From Folioceros fuciformis (taxonomy: Eukaryota), in the NCBI GenBank assembly GCA_049999805.1, contig JBNGIO010006282.1, positions 126,921 to 190,920 on the forward strand: a stretch of 64,000 bases of DNA. Reading direction: 5' to 3'. The translations under genes were made by a program, and so were the position numbers. The notes beneath the pieces are model-generated. The model did no database searches. It was not told the DNA's origin and was given only the letters and a program-made list of their open reading frames with translations. Position 1 is the first letter of the stretch; the number at the start of each line of letters is the position of its first letter. This document shows positions 25,309 through 37,314 of the stretch, piece by piece.

Positions 25309-26751
25309 ATGAACCTGTTTGGCTTGGGCAGGTAGATCATCGAGCTCCTGGATGCTGATTTCCAAAGTAGGTTTGATTTTGGATGATGGTCGGCATCCTG
25401 TGATTTCTGGCTTGATTTCAATTGTGAGTGCGGTGTGGAAGGCATTCAATTTCATTTTCTGTTGAGAGTATGTCTCGGAGATGATGCGAAGAGTCTCTGC
25501 GACTAATATGCTTATGCAGGAATCAACGTACTTTCCGCCCTAAAAAGAGCGCTCCCACTGGAAGTAAGGTTGGTGTTGGTGGAGTGTAGGGTTGGCCACT
25601 CTCATATTGCCCATTGCAGAATTGATCTGAGTTGTTTGATGTTCGTTATTGAATCACGGTGTGGGAACCTTTGCGTCTTTCGTTTGCCTGGCATTTTACA
25701 GCTGCAGCTGACACCGGACTTTTGCAGGGAGTGCAGCTTCGGAAGCACATCGATGCGACTCTTGGTAGTGGTAATTTGAAGGAAGCCGTGCGGCTTCCCC
25801 CAGGCGAAGACTACTTCGAATGGCTTGCTGTGAATAGTGAGTCCGTTGCTTTCGGCTCTCTGCAAGCTGCAGTTCGCGTTTTCTGTTGTCCAACCTTTCT
25901 GGCAAGGATTCTGCAGTAGGATTCTGACCAGGATTCCACTGGATCCGATCATTCGTACTGCAGCTGTCGACTTCTTCAATCAGGTGAACATGCTGTTTGC
26001 CACTCTGACCGAATTTTGCACTCCGGAGAATTGCCCCACCATGACTGCTGGACCTAAGTAAGTGCTCTGACATCATCTCACTGTTCCCCCGCTATGAGAT
26101 CAGAAGTTCCAACAAGCAATACCCCTCCAACACATCATGTCCTGTCCCTGTTTCCCTCAGATACGAATATCGATGGGCAGACGGTGTGACGATCAAGAAA
26201 CCTTTAGAAGTTTCGGCACCGAAATATGTCGAATATCTGATGGACTGGATTGAGGGCCAACTGGACAACGAGTCCATCTTTCCACAAAGACTAGGTCTCG
26301 CATGCTTCTATCTTCTTTCATCAACCGGAAGTGATCTGACAGTGCTTAGGGAGAATCATTCAAGGTCTGTACTAACATATCCAAGTTTCTGCGTTCCATC
26401 ACCTGCAGGAGCCCCGTTCCCTTCCAACTTCGAGGATCTGGTGAAGAACATCTTCAAGCGACTGTTCCGTGTATATGCACATATCTACCATTCACATTTC
26501 CAAAAAATCGTCAATCTCAAGGAGGAGGCTCACCTCAACACCTGCTTCAAACATTTCATCCTTTTCAGTAGCGTGAGCATTAGTTTCTGTCCTTCTCCCT
26601 CCCCCGTCCCGCTCTAAACAGCATTACCGAAACTTCCCAATCTCTTCTCACGGGATTTGTTTTCCCAATGCAGGAGTTCAAGCTGATTGACAAGAGGGAG
26701 CTTGCACCTTTGCAAGAGCTCATCGACTCAATTTTCTTTCCAACATGCTAA
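25309..26751 (+). CDS. MOB1: MOB kinase activator 1; 7 exons
   Basis: MNLFGLG|RNQRTFRPKKSAP, HIDATLGSGNL, CPTMTAGPK|YEYRWADG, KRLFRVYAHIYHSHF, HLNTCFKHF and ELAPLQELI. Confidence 0.96.
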
Positions 26752-27144
26752 CAGCCGAGCCCAGGCGTGGTTTTCAGTATTAGTACAGACTTCACTTGGC
26801 GGTTGGAGCGTTGCTAAGTTATGGGTCGAGTCTGAACGCTTTTTCACGTTGGATGCTTTTGGCTCGTATTTTCGTGATATGTACAGTAAGTGTATGTATT
26901 TGGTGAGTCTTGGTAGGATATGCCACATGGCTACCTCCTATGATAGGCTGGACGTAGATATAGGCCTGCGCGAGATATCGGGGCACAAAGAGGCAGCCTC
27001 TCTTGTGGTGTTGAGTGTAAGACATGAACAATCTACGGGCCCTCCCTTCAATGATGGGTCTTTTTCGCCTCACCGACCTGTGAGGAGACTGATAGAGCAG
27101 AAAGCAGTGTTTCTGTTAGCAGGGACTCTGGCAGGCTCTGCGCC

Positions 27145-30100
27145 ATGGCGTCCCTCACGTCGATCCTGAGGCGGCATCACGCGGCTTTGCCCGCGCCGTC
27201 CTCCTGCGCCTCTGGTACGCGCTCTCGGCGCCGTTTTGGCTCCCGCTCTTCCAAAGCTCCAGTTCCGCTGGATTTCTGCGACCTCATTCAGGCTCCTTGT
27301 AATGGGTGGTGCAATGTGTAGTCCCGCAGGCGGCAGCTGGCCCGCGGGCGCTCTTTGTCGGCCATGCTGTTCCAGGAAATGCATGCTTGTGTGTGGCCCG
27401 TGTGCGAGGCAAGCGGAGTCGCACCATTGTGGCCACCTCGGATGTGGAGAGACAGACTGAGCAGACTTCCACCTACATTGCGGCTCCAAGGAAAGAATCG
27501 GGGTCCGTGTTTTGCAAATGTGCAATTTTCTGTTGGATCTTTGCTGTTAAAGCTCTGTTTCAGTGAAGCAGTTGGAGGATTTCTGCCTGTGAGCATGGCG
27601 TCGTGCGATTTGTGTACATTTCTGATGCGGAGGGTACTGCTCTGGTCGCAGAGACAACCTGGACTCGCATTTTCAAGTTCCTAAGCTTCGAATGGATAAC
27701 AATGCCATCAGAATGGAACGGGAGCAAGTGATTGCAGTCATGAAGTCGAAGCTTGTCCTCTCGCTGGCGGACTTGATAGGTGCGGTGATCTGGTTGTCGG
27801 CGCGAATGCATATCAAACGAGGCTCACAGCTGCTGCAGTTATTGGCTGCACAAGTTACCTCAATTTGACGTTCTTGAAAAGCAGAGAATGAAGGTGATCG
27901 AGAAGAGTTTTTACAGTTTTCCAAGCGGGTGGAGTCAACAGTGCGGGCATGGTATTTCGTCCAGTTTGAGGAACTGATGGTTAGGACCTGTCCCCATCGT
28001 ATATTCTGTTACTGCATTTGAGCGATGTGTGAGCGCGTTCAGACCTCAGGTCTACCTTTTCGGGAACTGTAGTCGACTAAGAGATTTGATCCAATTCATG
28101 CGGTGCAGCAACTGTACTCCTTGTTCGAGCCAGGGTACGGGGCTGAGAAGCTGGCGCAGCAAGGGTTCACCTCGGAGCAAGTAGATGCACTGGAGCAACG
28201 TTTTTTGCGGATACTGTTCAAGGTGCCTGATGTTGTGCTGGATGCTGGTTCTGTAGTCAGCAGCCTTCTGTAAGGTGTGAGTAACAAAACTTTCCGGTCT
28301 CCATGGCAGCAGCTGGTTGAGAAGAGCAATTTTAAACTTGTTAGTGATGAAGAGATAGAAGTAGCGGATTCCGACCAATACCTCGTCAACCTGAAAATCG
28401 AAGTTGATTCCGCCAAGGTAAGTCTCGTGTGTAGTGGATGCCCTGGTGTCGAATGGACGTAGAAGTTCAAGTTTTTTTATGTATGTCAACGTGCACCATC
28501 GCAGCTGGACAACAAACTTCTGGGCAAGTACTTCTCAGAGCATCCACAAGAAGGGCTACCGAAGTTCTCAGAACAGGTACTTCAGCGACCTGTACAGCTG
28601 GGATCTGTCCAGCCTACATCAACTGATGTTTTGTTGCTTCCTTTTCAGTACATTCTGTTCAGGCGGGGTATCGGGATCGACAAGACGACAGATTGGTTTC
28701 TCTTGCCCAAAGTGGACTCCATACTTTCAAGGCTTTGGCATGGGTTGCTGCGAGCCTTGAAGTAATCACACTTTGCTACGGTCACTTGTTTAATGTCAGA
28801 GCGGCACCCAACTTTTGAGTTTGACTCCAGCTCTTCTCGTTATGCCCAGCCAGGCTCGAAAAGTTCAGTGGGAGTGCCCCCACTGATCCAATCGACGATG
28901 ATGATGAAGCTGCCGAAGCAAATGGCACCAGTCTCTACGTGAAGCGTACTCGGATAGAAAACATGAAATTGAGGCAAGCTTGTGTCTTTGCTTGCAGGGT
29001 GCCGACTCTAACTTTGGACTTGCTCCTGTATCCTGCATTCGTCTCCTCTCCCTTGGACTTTTATCCTGATGTCAGTCGTGCTCAAGCTGTGATAAGGAAC
29101 TGTTGCCTGTAGAATTGTCAGGTCTAGCTCACTATTATCGAACTTTGCTTTTCGGACAGCATTCAAAATCTGATCTCGAAGACAACGATACAGGAACCAG
29201 CATTCCAGCGAATCATTCTGCTGTACAGGTGACTGGCTCTGTGGGTGACACAGCGATTTTATCACCTCCCTTCCCCCTCTGCATATCTAACGGTTTAGTG
29301 TGTCGCAGATTAGCAAGTCCAAGCGGCAAGAATGGAGAAGCTGCTCCTCCAGTGGACCGAGCAATCCACGTGAAGCATTTTAGAAACATACCGATGGCAG
29401 ACTTGGATGTTGTCTTGGTGAGTCGTGATCTTGAATCCAACGCGTGTCTCACGTTGCGTAGCCTTTGCATTATATTATTTGAGTCTTTTAGTCTCACACG
29501 CTCACTGAGATGGCAAAAAGAAGCAGCCGAATTTCCATGCCCGATTTCTTTCGACTACAACTGATGTCTTCGCACTGCCTGCAGCCAGAAAAGAAAAACC
29601 CTAGCCTCACCACCTTGGATTATTCAAGAATCGCTGTATCCGCAATTGTTGGATTGGTTAGTGCACCTGTCGCAAGCCTTTGAAGCGCTTGGCAAGCCAA
29701 AAGAAATCTAGGATTGTTACTTATTGACGTCGTTTCTGAGGCAGGGTGCCATTGTAGGGTCGTTGAAGACCGACATCGTGGACATCAGGGTAGGAGCAGC
29801 CGTTTTCAGTGGCTTTGTCGTGTACTGCACGAGGATTTACCTGAAGTATTTTCCAAACCAGTCACATCTGTTTTAGTCTCTTGACTCTGTTGAGAATGCC
29901 ACGGAAAGCGCAGTTCCAGATTCACTAATGAACCTTGCAACCTGCAGCTTCAGCCGGAGCCTCAGGGAATGCCAAAGTCTCATCACCAGATCCATGTATG
30001 ACAAGCAGCTGGACACGGGGAAAGGGACGCTTCTCCATCTGTGCGACGATGTTATTCAACAGGAGGTAAGGATCTGTCGTGCTGAAGGACGAACTAGTAA

Positions 30101-30605
30101 TCTTGTTGCATGCTTCATCACGGCTCGTCACTGTGCAGGTTAAAGAGGTTATCCTTGCCTACTACATGCTAATGATGCATGGAGAAGTAACAGAGCAGGT
30201 ACAACAAATGCCAACTTCAAGCACTGTAGCTTCCTGTGTCGCCAGTATCCTAATCTTGTTTGCACTGTTTTGGACAGGAACTCGACTTGCTGGTGGAAAA
30301 GTTGCTACTTGAGAAATTCGCTGAAAACACTGACTTCGAGGTTGACGATGCTCTCCAAAAACTGCAAAAGTTAGAAATCGTCACGAAGGTAGGTCTGTCT
30401 GTTTTATCCGCTTAATCAAGTATCAGCTGCTTTTGTGGTACGCTTGTTGCTCCAACGGCAGATGTGACTTGTGAAGCAGGACTCAGAGGGTAGGTACCGT
30501 GCTGAGCCCATTCGGCAGTCCAACGAAAAATTAGGGGTAGCCCCTGACACCTTCAACTTCGTCGACGAGGAAGTCTTGAGTCTCAGACCAGCAGTGTTTG
30601 TATAG
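27145..30605 (+). CDS. DUF3754 domain protein (plant conserved, unknown function); many exons, start uncertain
   Basis: [93 protein letters not shown] and [11 protein letters not shown]. Confidence 0.85.
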
Positions 30606-31196
30606 CCCAGGTGCTTTATCTATGTACTAATTCTATTCTTTCACACGGAGAGGATCGGAAGCGGTCTACTCCATGCGGAAAAACCGAAAACCTGGGCTCT
30701 CCATGGTGTCTCCTGGAAAGTCCTCCTCTTGGAGACTCAGGATTGTTGTTACTTGGGATTGAGGGAATGAATCTGATTGCATGCGTGAATATGCTGTAAA
30801 TTAGCCCAAAGCCGAAGCAACTTGCTTTGCATTCACGTAGGACAGAATTTGTCATCGTCTTTCACAGATGGGGTTGTTAGCTGTAACGAAGTCCTGCAAG
30901 TAACCCAGAAGGAAATTTGTCTACCCATTCAAGGGCCAGCATGATGCGTGGATTGAATATTCTGAGGTTTTGAATGGCCGGTAGGTCATAGTGATTAGGG
31001 TAGGTCATAGTGATCATCTTTTATGTCCTATTTATTTGTCCTAGTGTGGAAACTTTATATGTGTTATAGACTTTACATAAATTATTTTATAATATTTAAA
31101 AATAATATAATAAGATAATAATAAGTTTATATTAATTTAGAACTTAAAATAATGTATAGCAAAAGTTTTCTTAAAACAAGAACTGGACGCCAGATT

Positions 31197-31634
31197 TCAA
31201 GAAGGAGGAGCAGCACAAAAGTCGTTCCTATTCTGTTTGCTAAATATATAACTTACATAACAATCATATAAGTAAAACCATGCACTAACACTAGACACAC
31301 AAAAAGTATCTAAAGCTTCTTCTAGAAAATTTAAACAGTCGTTACAAGCCTGTTTGTTGATTTGAGTAGCTGTCTTGAAACAATTGATCCAACCTTCAAA
31401 TGGGTATAGCTTCAAGTTCACAATTGCTCCAGGAAAGGCCTGGTTTCTTCTAGTTTCAAATAGGAGCTTAACATGTTTCTTTAGAAGAAGAAAGTCGCTT
31501 AGGTCTTCAAATTCGATGGGATTACACCAATGATTCACGTACTCCAAGTTGGCCCTTCCCACAACTTGCCTAAAATTAATGCCCCAAAAAATTATCACTA
31601 ACAAAAACGGAAGCTTGATGTCCATTGCATCCAT
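31197..31634 (-). CDS. Small secreted Gnk2-homologous (DUF26) cysteine-rich protein, intronless
   Basis: Hydrophobic signal peptide, WCN near the N-terminus, GWINC-x11-CNDCL, ...FC...AWFYLYDCYVSY resembling the DUF26 C-X8-C-X2-C...C..RY pattern. Confidence 0.7.
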   Translation of the reverse strand: MDAMDIKLPFLLVIIFWGINFRQVVGRANLEYVNHWCNPIEFEDLSDFLLLKKHVKLLFETRRNQAFPGAIVNLKLYPFEGWINCFKTATQINKQACNDCLNFLEEALDTFCVSSVSAWFYLYDCYVSYIFSKQNRNDFCAAPPS

Positions 31635-32609
31635 CGTTGTAGTTATAGTTGTAGAATTCCACTTTGTAATCTCACTATACTAAATCTTAACATCACTAGT
31701 AGGAACAAATCCTACATTGTTTAGTTCAACTTGTTTGATGGGCGATCGATTTGATGAATTTTAATTATGATAAAATATAAGCATAACGAGTAACTATTTA
31801 TCTTCAATGATATGGAAGAATAGTAGTCACAAAAAATCCTGATCTTGAGATTATGAAACGAACAAATGTTGAAGGAAGTATTCTCTTACATGGAATTATA
31901 TTCTGGTGCTGCAAATATCAAGATATTCCGTATCTTTGTAACTTGCACACTGAATTTTAGACAGATTATTGGTTCTGTTCACACCTAACGTATGTGGTTT
32001 CATAATACATTCATCCTCCTTGCCCGAGCAGGAATGTGGACAAGTCCGGGTTTTTGATCGACAGACTATCGTATCTGTATATTTTGATGGAATATGGACA
32101 AAATCGATTTGTGGGGGCAGATCGAAGTCGGGAGCTTGCGAGGGAGGTGTGTTTGAGGCAGATGAGATTGTGTCGACTGTAAGCGAGCTCGTCTATGCAG
32201 ATTGCACTGGCTGGTGATAGGCGAGAGTAAGGAATGGTGTGAGGTTGACGTGAGGCTTGTGGATTTCTAAGAAGGGACGGGCGGGAAGAGATGACTGAAA
32301 GAGACAAAAGGAGCACGGAACATAGCTGCTTCTGCGAGCCACAAGTGTCTCCATCTGAACAGCCGGCCTGTCACTCACCTGTGCCAGCGATGGTACTCTG
32401 GAAGACTGGATTTCAAACACTCCCGCCAGGTTCCGGGGTCCACGAGTCCAGTGCTTTCACGTCTTTGGAGCACAGCACATCTAAATCTGGTTTCGGGTTG
32501 GAAGTTGCACGAGCTGGGATCCGATCAACACGGGGCCACAGATTGCGGCTATAGTGCCGAGAGACCTCGTTTTTCTGATCACCGATCCCGCTCGGCGACG
32601 TCGTAAGCT

Positions 32610-33422
32610 ATGGCTGTCATCATTTCCAAATCCACGTTTCTGGCTGTGCTCGTGTTCCTCATTGCTGTATTGACCTTCATCGAGGTGGCTCTTGCTTCTT
32701 GGCTACAAGACCGGCTCCTCGGACCCGATGGCGATCCCGCTGGTATTCGTGCGGTGCAGAAAGGAGACAGCAAGATTTGTGACTTTTTGCGTAGCTTGCC
32801 TGCGGATGTGGTGACTTGAGAATTCTTCGCTGTTGTTGAATTGTCGACAGGGACCAATATTGTCACACCAATTTTCGTTGTGGTCACGCTCATTTCGGGA
32901 GTAGTTGGGATAGCAGCGCTTCTCGCTGCCAGCAACGCCATTAAAGAATGGAGCTCCGGTGGCTTGGCAGGCGCCGACGGTGCCACTGTTCTGATTGACC
33001 TTCTCCTCTCCTTCCTTGCTCTCGGGTATGGTATCGTTGTGCTGCCGGCGAGCACAAACATGATTCTTGCAAGACAGCTTGGAAGGATAGCGCTCAGCCT
33101 TTTTCTTTCTTGTCTCTGCAACAGGTATGCATGCAAGGAGATCGACGAAGAGAACAACAGTCCACCCCATCATCGGGACGGACGAATTGTGAGTGACTTG
33201 ACCCCTTGTTCGTTCAGCCTAGAACACTTCTCTTGAATACTGCAGTGTCCGGATTCTTTGAACACAAACATTCTTGCAGTAGACGACTGATCCAGGAACT
33301 ATGACATGATTGTGGAAAACTCACAGCAAACGCTGGAGGCTTTTGTGATAATCATCGCCGCCTTCAAGCTCTTCAAACTGGTGACCTTGCACTCAAACCT
33401 CACGGACAGGATTTTCACGTAG
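32610..33422 (+). CDS. AWPM-19-like membrane protein, copy 1; about 4 exons
   Basis: IEVALASW, GTNIVTPIFVVVTLISGVVG, IKEWSSGGLAGA, LALG|YACKEI and QTLEAFVII follow the PM19 pattern. Confidence 0.78.
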
Positions 33423-34267
33423 GATGCTGTCTGCGTTAGGGTGACATTGTTGCACTCACCTCCTGATTCGGGAAAATGTCACAGAGTGAGTGACATTATT
33501 TGTACTCTTCTTATTCTTGTATTCATTTGGAAGAACAAAGTATGTACTCCGCTATCGGCGTGATCATGTTCAGTGGTTGGCACCATGTTCTGTAATAACG
33601 AAGCAACATGTGCAGCTGCTGACTGTCTTTTCCATCACGGAGGTCACCATGAGTGCCAATTCGTAGCTGCACGACACATGGAACTCGCAGCAACAACTTG
33701 GATGTACGAAAGGGTGGAGAGAAGGATTGTTTGATCAGCGGAGGAAGAACTCCGAAGACGATGTTCTCACCACTACAACATACAGGCTGTACTCTCTGGC
33801 CTTCAGCACTCATCGGCTCAATTTGCTCTACATTTGCCGTCCCGGCGCTCGGGTGGCCATGGGCCAGCTGTTAAACTGAGAACTGAGTTACCAAGGACTC
33901 AAGTTGCGATTCGCCGCCGGCCATTTGCAGGCAAGCGGACATCGCATTTTCCTCCTGTTACAGTGGAGCCGGCCCTTCTCCACCTCCGCCCAGGTGATGC
34001 ATTATCCTCGACTTGTTTGATTCGTCCAATAGTTTGTCTTCACCAACACTCTGGACGGCATGCCGTTCTTCTTATTATGGCAGGTGAAGCTGGGTCTCCC
34101 AGCGCTCCTCTCCTTGTCTTCCACGAGGCTTCATCGAATCCCAGGCTGCCTCAGCAAATTACTCTTGCAGTGAGGATTTTGTTCGGGAAGAACAAGAATG
34201 GTGAGGGCTTCCTAGCACGGTGTTTTCTCGAACTTCGATCCATGTCGTGGTTCGTGAGATTGAACTG

Positions 34268-35286
34268 ATGAAACATAAGACTTTTCCCCCTGAAATTGAT
34301 GCGCAGGGGACGACTCCGTTGCCTACTGAGGAGGCTTCTCCCAGTTCCACCTCGCATGCTGCCACCGTGGTGTCCGAAAAGGGTGCTCTGCATCCGAGCT
34401 CTGCTGCCCTGACCATCAGTATCGACTGGAGTAGACTTCCAATCAGTCCGGTGGTACTTCTCCCAGGTCTCTTGCTGTGGCTACAATTTGCGTTAACAAT
34501 CGTGGCCTTGGGATTGGCTTCGGCGGTCATCAACAAATTGATTGACGGCTCTTCTGAGGGTATGTTTCATGTCCCTTGTTCCCCCCGCCGCCCGTCGTTT
34601 TCAATATGATGGTGGAATTTTGAGCCTGTGCAGGTGTTACATGTCCGCAGGGAACAATGCCACAGCCGCCTTTCTTCTAGTAACTCTGATATCTGAGACA
34701 GTAGCGCTAGCAGCTATCGCGATTGCAGCTCAGCACTTGTGGCAGAGAACACCCAGAAGCTTCGCATCTGACGCAATAGTTATCACTTTACTGGACCTGG
34801 CCCTCTCCGGGTTGGCTTTCGGGTACGTAGTCCTCCGGCGCATTCATGCCTTCAAGTTCTTCACGAATGCATCATGGAAATAACCTGGTCACCCAGCTTG
34901 GAACTGAGAAGGAATCTCTGCTCGTTTGTTCACAGTTTCGCTTGCAAGGAGGCAAATGTTGGCGATGAGACGGTGGACACGTCATACGGATTACTGAACG
35001 TGGAAGAAACAGTCTCAAGAGGCTCGAGATTGGTGAGCGCACTTCCGCTTACTGTGAATGTCCTGTATAACAGAGCTGGTCTGCGCTCAGTTCCCGCTGT
35101 GATCCCAGTTCACGAATTGCGGCCCATGTTCACTGTACTGTGCAGAAAGGCTTGGAAGTCATCGTCATCCTTCTTTTCTTATTCAAGTTCTTGAAGGTGG
35201 TCAGCATCATCTTTGTCGACGTTTTTGGAGTCCAGACAACGACTAGTAAGGCAGACCCTCCAGCGGCCCCAGCCCCTGAAACGTGA
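34268..35286 (+). CDS. AWPM-19-like membrane protein, copy 2; about 4 exons, N-terminally extended
   Basis: IVALGLASAVINK, GNNATAAFLLVTLIS, QHLWQRTPRSFA, GLAFG|FACKEA and KGLEVIVIL, with the same intron positions as copy 1. Confidence 0.75.
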
Positions 35287-35617
35287 GCCTCCTCCGACGG
35301 CCTCCACAAGTCCTGGCCAACCTGGATATGCACGTTCGAGGACAAGCGCTGTAATCGCGTTGGACGCGCCATATCCGGAATCTGTTGGAGATACTCTTGG
35401 TGGGGCCGGTTTAGCCACTCATTCTGTGATATTCAAAAGTGAACAAAATTCCGACCGCCTAGAGATTCTCTGTGACAGAAGTCCGAACCGAACTTGTGCT
35501 CTAGCAGTGAATTTGCAAAATTGGGAGAAAGATCGGACCGATCACCTGAGTTGCTGTAGTTTGTCGTAGCCCTATTCCTCGTTCTGGCCAGCAGCCTACC
35601 AATTCCAGCGATCTCCC

Positions 35618-36785
35618 ATGGCTTTGAGTGTTGGGAGCAGAGTCATCCCCGGAACTTTGATTAGCTCCAGGAACGATTGCTTGGAACCAGAGCTTTCCGC
35701 CTGCAGAGTTCCTGGTGGGAAACGCTTCCCGTCTTACCAGTTTTCCAGCACTCAGAAGAACGGGTCACTCTGTGGATATGCTTCTGTAGTCTGCTTGTCA
35801 CTGGGCAGCAGGGAAGAGGGGTTTGCTCCAGCATTCACCGAAGAGTTTCGGACAAGGACTAGTGGTGATGAGGTATGAAACATCTTGCTTAACGTCGTCA
35901 GCATTCACCAGCTCAAATATGTACCTGGACCGTGTGGGGTGTTGTGGGTCAGGTCCGGAAGGAGATTCTCAAGTGCTATGATCTTGTTCATAAGCGTGGA
36001 AGGGGAGCCGTGTACTTGGGTTCAGCACGGACCAAGGTCGGGCACCCTCATTATGACCAGGCCATGGAGCTTGGCCGTGAGGTAAGACCCAACACTCCAC
36101 GGATGCTGTCGCTGTACTGCAATTGCAGCACCGTGATACCAACCGGCTGTTGCTTGCAGGTAGCGCTCCTGCTTGACTGCACATCCTGGACTGGAGTTGG
36201 GCCCGGACTGATGGATGCAGTGGTCAGAGGAGCCATGGAAGCCCGCAAACCTGTTGCAGGATTCAAAATTTACATGGAGGCAGGCGAATGGACCAATTCC
36301 AACACACACCCCTACTTGCCCAGTGACACTTACTTCACTTGTCGGTGTGTGCTTGTCGCACACCTTTCCAGCACGGGACTACTCAATGAACCGTTTCGCA
36401 CTGTACTGCTGGCTGTTGCATTAGTTTTGACGTTCTCCTGTGATGCAGCTTCTTCTCTGCAAGAAAGCACGGACTGGTGGACGCTGGGGTAAGGAATCAC
36501 AAACAAGACAAAACAGCATTCGTGGCCTTACCAGGAGGCGTGGGCACCTTGGATGAGATCTTCGAAATCTTGACTCTCATTCAGCTTGGTCGAATTGGTT
36601 CTTCGCATCCTGTACCTTTCCTCGTCATGAACTACGATGGATTTTACGACAACCTTCTCAAGTTTTTGGATACCTGTGGAGAGTGGGGCACGTTATCCCC
36701 CGGAGAGCTCCGAGGACTCTGGACCATATGCGGGACAAATTCTGAGGCCCTGAAGTACCTTGCTGACTTCTACAACCTAAAATGA
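35618..36785 (+). CDS. LOG / lysine-decarboxylase-like family protein (LOGL10-like, probably plastid-targeted)
   Basis: AVYLGSAR, WTGVGPGLMDA, FFSARKHGLVDA and FVALPGGVGTLDEIFE (PGGxGTxxE motif). Confidence 0.9.
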
Positions 36786-37314
36786 GCCGTGGACGATGCC
36801 AAGCTCTTGGTTTCCAACTATTGTGCCGGCCAAACACCTTCCAAGAAGGTCATTCACATAAACATGACCAATTTCCAATACGATGATACCTCCACCTCGA
36901 AGTGGGAACAACCCCAGGTCATTCTGCCCGTCCTGCAAACAGGGGAGAGCAGGATTCAGCTCACACGATAGAATCGTAGCTAGGCAAGAAAACTGGCTCA
37001 AGAGGCGATAGCCACACTTACTCCACATCCTTGACAACATGACGCCAACCCCATCGATCGCGTCCTCCGGATTACACACCCCTGGCACCATCTCGTGAAT
37101 CCTGTTCAGACGGCTATCAGATCAAACGGGAAGAGGCAAGTTCGGCAAATCCACGCAGTTTTGAAACAGTATGTGTGTTACCATCATAGTGGTGGGGAGG
37201 CCGCTTCTCCGCACTGATGCTGAGGCTCAAACAGCAGCGTTTTTCTGCGTTCCAGATACCTCGACCGCAGTCGCGATTCCTGGATCGGAGCCCTTGCCAC
37301 AAAAACTTGCAAGC

